64,000 nucleotides of DNA from Elusimicrobiaceae bacterium (GTDB taxonomy: Bacteria > Elusimicrobiota > Elusimicrobia > Elusimicrobiales > Elusimicrobiaceae). The translations under genes were made by a program, and so were the position numbers. The notes below the pieces were generated by a model that worked only from the letters and a program-made list of their open reading frames with translations, did not search any database and was not told the DNA's origin. The stretch lies in the NCBI GenBank assembly GCA_045634505.1, contig JAZRAH010000088.1:6474-70473 (forward strand), read 5' to 3'. Below are positions 57,598 to 64,000 of the stretch, one piece after another; position 1 is the first letter of the stretch, and each line of letters begins with the position of its first letter.

Positions 57598-58355
57598 CGT
57601 GTTGTCTGCAAGGTTACCCGCCACAGAAATTCGGTATTGCCGTGAGTGCCTTTAATGGGGGACTCAATTACTTCGCCGGAAACGGCACCGTATTTTTCGC
57701 GCAGGTTTTCTTCAAAAAAATCTTGTACGCGCTTGATAGCCAGTTGGCGGTTTTCGTCCGTTTTTACAATGCCGTGAGGTACTTGTTTGGGGGTCAGTTC
57801 AAATTGCGGCTTAATTAAAAACACAATTTCGCTTTGTGGGGCCATTACCTTAAATAGCGGCTCCATAATTAGGGTGAGGGAAATAAAAGACACGTCCACT
57901 GCCGCCACTTGCGGGGCTTCTTCAAATAAATCGGGCGTCATATAGCGGGCGTTGGTTTCCGGCTTAAAAATAAAATTGGTGTACCGCCGCATTTCGTCCG
58001 CCAGTTGGCCCTTTCCTACGTCCACGCCGTAAACCGTTTTAGCGCCGGCTTGCAGCATACAATCACTAAACCCGCCGGTGGCTACGCCAATGTCCACGCA
58101 GACTTTGCCCTTTACAGAAATGTTCCAGTGTTTTAAAGCGTGTGCTAATTTTAGCCCGCCGCGCGAGACATAAGGGCAGGATTTTTCTTTTAAGGAAAGG
58201 TGGTCTTCGGGCAGGATAGCACGGTCGGCCCGGGTTTCCACCTGGTTATTTACCAGCACTTCGCCCGCCATAATGGAGGCTTGGGCACGGTTGCGGCTTT
58301 GAAAAAAGCCTTGCGCCACCAGTGCCATATCCAGGCGCAGTTTATTCTTCGCCAT
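57594..58355 (-). CDS. tlyA: TlyA-family rRNA methyltransferase
   Basis: RLD, YVSRGGLKL, DIGVATGGF, DVSFISL, LIKPQFE, GN.EF. Confidence 0.93.
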   Translation of the reverse strand: MAKNKLRLDMALVAQGFFQSRNRAQASIMAGEVLVNNQVETRADRAILPEDHLSLKEKSCPYVSRGGLKLAHALKHWNISVKGKVCVDIGVATGGFSDCMLQAGAKTVYGVDVGKGQLADEMRRYTNFIFKPETNARYMTPDLFEEAPQVAAVDVSFISLTLIMEPLFKVMAPQSEIVFLIKPQFELTPKQVPHGIVKTDENRQLAIKRVQDFFEENLREKYGAVSGEVIESPIKGTHGNTEFLWRVTLQTTR

Positions 58356-58590
58356 CCGTATCCTCGGCGAGTTCCGTATCAAAGGGTGCGGCAACCAATT
58401 GCGCGCCTTTCTTTTTAAGCTCGCTTACTTTAAATTTAACGGTTTCTAATTTTTGCGCTAACTCTTTGGAAAGTGTAATGCCTTCTTCAAAGAGTTTAAC
58501 AGAAGCGTCTAAATCGGTTTGTTCTTCTTCCAGTTTTTCTACAATTTCTTCCAGGCGGGAGAGTTGTTTTTCAAAAGAGAGTTTGGGCAT
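58342..58590 (-). CDS. xseB: Exonuclease VII small subunit
   Basis: SFEKQLSRLEEIV..LE...L..SVKLFEEG. Confidence 0.9.
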   Translation of the reverse strand: MPKLSFEKQLSRLEEIVEKLEEEQTDLDASVKLFEEGITLSKELAQKLETVKFKVSELKKKGAQLVAAPFDTELAEDTDGEE

Positions 58591-58592
58591 GG

Positions 58593-59798
58593 TTATTTGA
58601 CCTCCGTATGAATCATACCGTCTTGTACTTGTATGTAAATGGTTTCGCCGGGCGCGGTTTGTGCGACGTGGCTAATCACACTGCCGTCTGCCTTGCGCGT
58701 AATGCTGTAGCCGCGCTTGAGTACCGCTTGCGGGCCCAAGGCGTTTAATTTTTGACGCGCCACGTCAAAGCGGTGCGTAAATTGCGTTAGTTTTCCCGCC
58801 CAGGCATTTGTAAGGCGCAAGGAAAGTTCGTCCAGTTCTTGTTCTTTTTCCTGGGTGAGCGTTTGCGGGTTTTTAAAAACGCGTGCGTTAACCGCTAAAT
58901 CAAAGCGGCGTTTGAAGCGTTCGTAAAATAAAGACACGGCTTGGAGCATGCGCTTTTGCAAATTGGCAATTTGTTCGGCAGTGTTTTGCGAATTTTGCAC
59001 GACCAGTTCCGCCGCTGCCGAGGGAGTGGGGGCGCGCAAGTCGGCCACGAAGTCGGCAATGGTAAAATCCACCTCGTGCCCGACGCAGGAAATAACCGGG
59101 ATGTTACTGGCGTAAATCGCGCGGGCGACTATTTCTTCGTTAAAGGCCCACAAATCTTCCATACTGCCGCCGCCGCGGCCCACTAATAAAACGTCTAGCG
59201 CGGGGGAAAATTTATTCAAATCCGCAATGGCCTTAGCAATTTGCGGGGCGGCTTCGTCCCCTTGCACCAGGACGGGGGCAATAAACACTTCCAAATGCGG
59301 GTTGCGGCGTTTTAAGACGGATAAAATATCGCGCACCGCCGCGCCGGTGGGGGAAGTAACTACTCCAATGCGTTGGGGGTATGGAGGAATTTCTTTTTTA
59401 TGTTCCGGCGCAAATAACCCTTCGGCCTCCAGTTTTTGTTTGAGTTTTTCAAATTCCAGGTACAGGTTGCCTTTGGAAAGCGCTTCCACTTTTTTAACAA
59501 TAATTTGGTACTTGCCGGATTTGGCATATACGTCCAAACTGCCCCACACACGCACTTGCACGCCGTCTTGAAGTTCTAAAGAGTATTTGCGCGCATCCCA
59601 CTTGAACATGACGGCGGCTAAAAGGGCGTCGCGGTCTTTTAGGTTGAAGTAGAGGTGGCCGGAGGCGGACTCGCTTAAATTGCTGACTTCGCCTTCTACA
59701 AAAATGTCACGGAACACGCCAGCCATCATTTGTTTGACGGCCAGGGTAAGGGCGGTAACGGTAAAAACTTGACCTCTAAACGGGGCTTCGGGCTCCAT
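58593..59798 (-). CDS. xseA: Exonuclease VII large subunit
   Basis: GEVSN, SGHLYF.LKD, GVVTSPTGAAVRD, GRGGGS.EDLWAFN, APTPSAAAE. Confidence 0.96.
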   Translation of the reverse strand: MEPEAPFRGQVFTVTALTLAVKQMMAGVFRDIFVEGEVSNLSESASGHLYFNLKDRDALLAAVMFKWDARKYSLELQDGVQVRVWGSLDVYAKSGKYQIIVKKVEALSKGNLYLEFEKLKQKLEAEGLFAPEHKKEIPPYPQRIGVVTSPTGAAVRDILSVLKRRNPHLEVFIAPVLVQGDEAAPQIAKAIADLNKFSPALDVLLVGRGGGSMEDLWAFNEEIVARAIYASNIPVISCVGHEVDFTIADFVADLRAPTPSAAAELVVQNSQNTAEQIANLQKRMLQAVSLFYERFKRRFDLAVNARVFKNPQTLTQEKEQELDELSLRLTNAWAGKLTQFTHRFDVARQKLNALGPQAVLKRGYSITRKADGSVISHVAQTAPGETIYIQVQDGMIHTEVK

Positions 59799-61042
59799 TA
59801 TTCCCCCTTGAGTTCCTTGAGTTTTTGGATGAGGGCGGCCTCGCGCCCGAGGGTGCCCGGCTCAAAAAATTTCATGGGGCTGGGCATATAAAGCTGTTTG
59901 ACGTAATGGTTTTTAAAATCGTGTGCGTATTTGTATCCTTTGTTTTTCATGCCGCTACGCAGGTGGTCCGGCACCGGGCGGTAACGGCCCTCGCGCACTT
60001 CGGTAAGTGCTTTGTCCACGGCTAAATAAGCCGAGTTACTTTTGGGGCAACAAGCCACGTAAATAGCGGCGTGGGCCAGCGGGATGCGTACTTCGGGCAT
60101 GCCAAGCTCTTCGGCCGCGGAAAAGGCGGCTTGGGCAATCATTACAGCATAAGGCTCTGCCAAGCCGACGTCCTCGCACGCGCAAATTAAAATGCGCCGG
60201 GCAATAAAGCGCGGGTCTTCGCCACTTTCCAACATGCGCGCTAGCCAATAGACGGTGGCGTCCGGGTCGCTGCCGCGCATGGATTTGATAAAAGCGGAAA
60301 TAATATCGTAATGTTCGTCGCCTTTTTTATCGTAGCGCAGGTGTCGCTTTTGGATGCACTCCTGGGCAATTTCCAGCGTGATGTGCTTTTTGCCCTTTTT
60401 ATCGGGCGCGGTGGTAACAAAGGCAAGCTCGGCCGCGTTTAGCATTTTGCGGCTGTCGCCATTGGCCTGCGTGATCAAAAAATCAGCGGCATCGTCGTCA
60501 ATTGTGGCATTTTCGGCCGCGGCGGCGCGGGTTAAAATTTTAAGTAAATCTTTGTCGCCCAGCGGCTTAAATTCAAAGACCGAAAAGCGCGACAAAAGCG
60601 CGTTATTGATGTAAAAATAGGGGTTTTCGGTCGTAATGCCAATTAAAATAATATCGCCGCGCTCCACCGAGGGGAGCAAAACATCTTGCTGGGTTTTGTT
60701 AAAGTGGTGGATCTCGTCCAAAATAACGAGCGTGCGCCGCTCGTCAAACGACGGCGTAAGGGCGCGCTCTTTGGCTTCGGCCAGTACTTTTTTGAGGTCC
60801 GCTACACCGGCCGCGGCGGCGTTTAACTCCACCGTGTGCGCCTGTGTGCGCGAGGCAATATAGCGCGCCGTGGCAGTTTTGCCGCAACCGGGCGGACCAA
60901 AAAAGACAGCGGATTTAATCATGTCCGCCTCTAACAAACGCCGCAACATTTTGCCCGGGCCTAACAGGTGCGGTTGGCCTGCAAAATCTTCCAGTTTTTT
61001 AGGGGCTTGGCGCGCGGCCAAGGGCATGGTTTCGTTGGTCAT
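59798..61042 (-). CDS. rarA: Replication-associated recombination protein A
   Basis: [38 protein letters not shown]. Confidence 0.94.
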   Translation of the reverse strand: MTNETMPLAARQAPKKLEDFAGQPHLLGPGKMLRRLLEADMIKSAVFFGPPGCGKTATARYIASRTQAHTVELNAAAAGVADLKKVLAEAKERALTPSFDERRTLVILDEIHHFNKTQQDVLLPSVERGDIILIGITTENPYFYINNALLSRFSVFEFKPLGDKDLLKILTRAAAAENATIDDDAADFLITQANGDSRKMLNAAELAFVTTAPDKKGKKHITLEIAQECIQKRHLRYDKKGDEHYDIISAFIKSMRGSDPDATVYWLARMLESGEDPRFIARRILICACEDVGLAEPYAVMIAQAAFSAAEELGMPEVRIPLAHAAIYVACCPKSNSAYLAVDKALTEVREGRYRPVPDHLRSGMKNKGYKYAHDFKNHYVKQLYMPSPMKFFEPGTLGREAALIQKLKELKGE

Positions 61043-61329
61043 TTGGCTGTTTGGGCGGCTTTTAGTTTTAAAATAAGTTCGTCCAAGCGGTTTAGTTCTT
61101 CCTGGCGTTTGCCGCCTTCGTTTTGGCTTTTTAAGTAGGCTTGCGCGGCAAAGTGCAAAGCGGCGTGTAAGGCTTGTTTTAAAGTGTCAATTTCGCCGTC
61201 CATTTGCATTTGCAACATGTACGCCTCCACTTGCGAGGCCAGTTCGGTTAGCTCCATGCCGCCCAGGCCGGAGTTTTCTACCTCTAAGGGAATGCGTTTG
61301 ATTTCTACTTGGACAATGTCTTTTGCCAT
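61039..61329 (-). CDS. ZapA-like cell division protein
   Basis: V.I..I.L...L..LA..V...M...DTLK.ALHAAL pattern plus coiled coil. Confidence 0.55.
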   Translation of the reverse strand: MAKDIVQVEIKRIPLEVENSGLGGMELTELASQVEAYMLQMQMDGEIDTLKQALHAALHFAAQAYLKSQNEGGKRQEELNRLDELILKLKAAQTAK

Positions 61330-61377
61330 ACCTTTATTGTACTTTATTTCCCAACACTTTTTTACTATACTATAGAT

Positions 61378-61597
61378 ACAATTTGATTTGTTTTTGAGCC
61401 GTATGTGGAATACGGGTTGCTTCGTAAGAAGTATTCAGCAAAGTCAAAAACAGCTGAACAAAGGCACACAAAGGCGACGGCTGGCGTGTGCCGAGTGTTT
61501 CCTGCATTTTTTGTGGGGGCTGCGGCTGTTATGTTTGGTTACTTTGCTGAGACCTGACAAAGCAGCCGATTTTGTTGGCTCTGAATGGATCAATTGA
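61378..61597 (+). ncRNA. Structured pilin-leader element, copy 9
   Basis: TATACT + 6 nt; barcode TCAGCAAAGT (61435-61444)/ACTTTGCTGA (61541-61550); closing GAGCC/GGCTC compensation. Confidence 0.85.
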
Positions 61598-61622
61598 ATA
61601 GATAAACTAAGGAGCAAGCAAA

Positions 61623-62276
61623 ATGACGAACAAAAAGAATGTAGTAAATGAAAGAGTAACGTATAGGTCAGGTGCAAACCTGACAATGGCCTGTAAAGGC
61701 CAGTATAATGGATGTTGGGTTAGCACCCAACCTATAAAGAATACGGTTGCGAAGGGTTTTACCCTCATTGAACTGTTGGTCGTGGTGCTTATCATTGGTA
61801 TTTTGGCGGCGGTAGCCGTGCCTCAATATCAATTTGCCGTTGAAAAATCCCGGATGGCCGAGGCCCTTGTACAATTAAATTCGCTACAAAGGGCAATAGA
61901 TTCGTATTTGTTGGAAAACGGATATCCTGAAGGTGCAGAAAGTTTCTTGGGAAACCAGACAGATGGCAATGGTAAGTTGGTTATAGATGTTACCGGCTCG
62001 CTAGATTGCACCGTAAATAATGGACAGCACTGTGCCAGCCGTGATTTTTTATATAGCTCAGTATGTGACGGTGAACATAATTTCTGTGCCTTAGAAGCGC
62101 AACGGGTATTATCCGGTTATGAATCTACGGACAGCAACACAAAATATCTGTTAACGCTTTCAAAAACGCAGGATACCTGGACTAAAACATGTTATTATAT
62201 TGAAGAAAATTATCCGCAAGGTAAAAAACTGTGTGACAGTTTACAAACCCAAGGGTGGATTAGTGAGGAGTATTAA
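61623..62276 (+). CDS. Type IV pilin-like protein 9 with 45-aa leader
   Basis: G|[28 protein letters not shown]; GTAG-type palindrome 61664-61685 in leader. Confidence 0.9.
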   Translation: MTNKKNVVNERVTYRSGANLTMACKGQYNGCWVSTQPIKNTVAKGFTLIELLVVVLIIGILAAVAVPQYQFAVEKSRMAEALVQLNSLQRAIDSYLLENGYPEGAESFLGNQTDGNGKLVIDVTGSLDCTVNNGQHCASRDFLYSSVCDGEHNFCALEAQRVLSGYESTDSNTKYLLTLSKTQDTWTKTCYYIEENYPQGKKLCDSLQTQGWISEEY

Positions 62277-62312
62277 CACCTACCCCCTGGGGATGTACCG
62301 GAGGTTGTCTAT

Positions 62313-62512
62313 ATACAATTTTTCCGCACGCGTTACGCGTGCGGAATTTCATCACCGGGTAAAATAGCGGATAAGATGATTTTTCAAATTCGTGCTTAGT
62401 TTGTGGGGAAAAGTTGGCTCGTGGCGTACGTCTGCCGGACCGCGCGTAGCGCGGCAAGTACGTGAGAGCCAAGTCACCACAAACTAAGCCGAATTTGGAA
62501 AATTGTATCGCT
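62313..62512 (+). repeat. Rod-shaped structured repeat (family S), copy C
   Basis: ATCACCG-GG-TAAAAT...GATTTTTCAAATTCG GCTTAGTTTGTGG...CCACAAACTAAGC CGAATTTGGAAAATTGTATCGCT. Confidence 0.7.
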
Positions 62513-62584
62513 AAGAAATACGGAACTTTATGTCCGTCGTTTATTTTTCTTATACGCGCGTTCTAAAAATACTATAATAATAAT

Positions 62585-63625
62585 ATGACCATTTTAGAAT
62601 TCAAAACCGCGTGTGAAACCATCGCACAAGAATACAAAACCAAAATAAACGCCGCACAATCCGCCGCGGAGGTGGAGGAACTGCGTGTGGCCGCGCTAGG
62701 GCGCAAAGGAGCCTTAACAGACTTACTTAAAGGGCTCAAAGATTTTTCTATAGAAGACAAAAAACAAGCCGGCCCTCTGGGCAACGCCTTAAAAGCCGAA
62801 CTCACGGCTGTTTTAGATGAAAAAGCACAATTTTTTGCCGCCAAAGAAATTAACGACGAGCTTAATAAAACGAATATTGATTTAACCTTGCCCGGTTACC
62901 CGGTGGCGTGCGGACATAAACATCCGCTTTCCGTAGCGCAGGACCGCATGACAACCATTTTGGCACGCTTGGGTTTTGAATGGGCCGAAGGACCTTGGGT
63001 GGAAGACGAAAAACACAATTTTGATTTGTTAAATGTTCCCTTACACCACCCGGCGCGCGACGCACAAGATACGTTTTTTGTGGACACCAAAGCACCGTTG
63101 GTGCTCCGTTCCCACACGTCTAACGTGCAAAGCCGCTATATGGAAAAACACAAACCGCCGCTGCGCATTATGGCACCAGGGCGCGTGTTCCGCAACGACA
63201 GTTTGGACGCTACCCACAGCCCGGTGTTTCACCAAATTGAGGGCTTGTATGTGGATAAAAACGTCAGTTTGGCCGACCTGAAAAGCGACCTTACCGCATT
63301 TATGAAAGGATTGTTTGGCGACAAAGCGGAAATCCGTTTCCGCCCGTCGTTCTTCCCGTTTACGGAACCGAGTGTAGAGGTGGACGTAAAATGCGTTTTC
63401 TGCCAAGGCAAAGGGTGCAACGTGTGCAAACAAAACGGTTGGATTGAAATGTTAGGGGCCGGGGTAGTTCACCCCAACGTCTTAAAAAATTGCGGCATTG
63501 ACCCTAATGAGTTTAGCGGCTACGCGTTTGGTATGGGCGTGGAACGCTTAGCTATGATGATGCTAAACATCAAAGACATCCGTGCCTTTTATGAAAACGA
63601 CGTGCGGCTACTTAAACAGTTCTAG
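62585..63625 (+). CDS. pheS: Phenylalanine-tRNA ligase alpha subunit
   Basis: HPARDAQDTF, LRSHTS.VQ, DATHSPVFHQIEG, FPFTEPS, GMGVERLAM. Confidence 0.98.
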   Translation: MTILEFKTACETIAQEYKTKINAAQSAAEVEELRVAALGRKGALTDLLKGLKDFSIEDKKQAGPLGNALKAELTAVLDEKAQFFAAKEINDELNKTNIDLTLPGYPVACGHKHPLSVAQDRMTTILARLGFEWAEGPWVEDEKHNFDLLNVPLHHPARDAQDTFFVDTKAPLVLRSHTSNVQSRYMEKHKPPLRIMAPGRVFRNDSLDATHSPVFHQIEGLYVDKNVSLADLKSDLTAFMKGLFGDKAEIRFRPSFFPFTEPSVEVDVKCVFCQGKGCNVCKQNGWIEMLGAGVVHPNVLKNCGIDPNEFSGYAFGMGVERLAMMMLNIKDIRAFYENDVRLLKQF

Positions 63626-63633
63626 GAGCAAAT

Positions 63634-64000
63634 ATGAAGATTCTATATTCTTGGTTAAAAGATTTTATTGATGTGGATTTAGCCCCCGAAGAACTGGCTA
63701 AAAAACTGACCGATTTGGGCATTGAAGTAGCCGCTATGGAAACCACCGGGGCGGACTTTGAAGGCGTACATGTAGCCCAAATTATTAAAATTGAGGATCA
63801 CCCCAATTCCGACCATTTACACTTAGTAACCTTGGATAAAGGCAACGGCGTTACGCAACGCGTGGTGTGCGGGGCCCCCAATGTGGCCGTAGGGCAAAAA
63901 GTGCCGCTTGCGAAAGTAGGTGCGCGCCTAGGGAAAATTGTACTGAAACCCGCGGTCATCCGCGGCGTAGAATCCGAAGGGATGATTTGTTCGTCCGACG
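63634..64000 (+). CDS. pheT: Phenylalanine-tRNA ligase beta subunit, 3' truncated
   Basis: MKILYSWLKDF, HPNSDHL, VVCGAPNV, IRGVESEGMICS. Confidence 0.95.
   Translation, partial: MKILYSWLKDFIDVDLAPEELAKKLTDLGIEVAAMETTGADFEGVHVAQIIKIEDHPNSDHLHLVTLDKGNGVTQRVVCGAPNVAVGQKVPLAKVGARLGKIVLKPAVIRGVESEGMICSSD

Noticed and set aside
8933-61597. Pilin leaders as a CRISPR array
   Set aside because: Copies are dispersed rather than tandem, about 200 nt long and internally structured; no cas genes in the window.
62290-62520. T-box or attenuator for pheS
   Set aside because: No T-box motif; the region is a family S copy, and pheS has its own -10 box 6 nt before the ATG.
38-63433. Numerous antisense and nested ORFs in the six-frame track (e.g. 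39881-40792, 24599-25246, 13034-13648)
   Set aside because: They overlap confidently assigned genes and lack recognisable motifs; treated as shadow ORFs.

Overview
Chromosomal window (about 60 CDS, one tRNA) of a bacterium that looks like Elusimicrobiota/Elusimicrobiaceae; this is inferred from gene content and the pilin expansion, not checked. The backbone is housekeeping: rapZ plus a mannose-family PTS, lepA, folD, prfB, lnt, secA, glyA, dnaX-recR-comEC, rsmE-mtaB, ampG-murQ-anmK-nagZ, uvrB, tilS, murE-murD, xseAB, rarA, pheS-pheT. Scattered through it are nine stand-alone type IV pilin-like (PilE-type) genes. The main discovery is that all nine are preceded by a 195-235 nt non-coding element. 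Copies share architecture with extensive compensatory and G-U covariation. In five copies the element begins exactly 6 nt after a -10 box. It can fold into two mutually exclusive states (terminator-like hairpin plus U-run versus antiterminator plus 5'-3' closing helix). Each copy carries its own perfectly complementary 8-11 bp 'barcode' helix. I recognise no known RNA family for it. The prepilin leader peptides are swollen to 45-77 aa by in-frame REP-like palindromes. A third repeated rod-shaped element occurs in 3 copies, two directly after pilin genes. Many housekeeping genes look leaderless. All alignments and folds were done by eye; no database searches were run.
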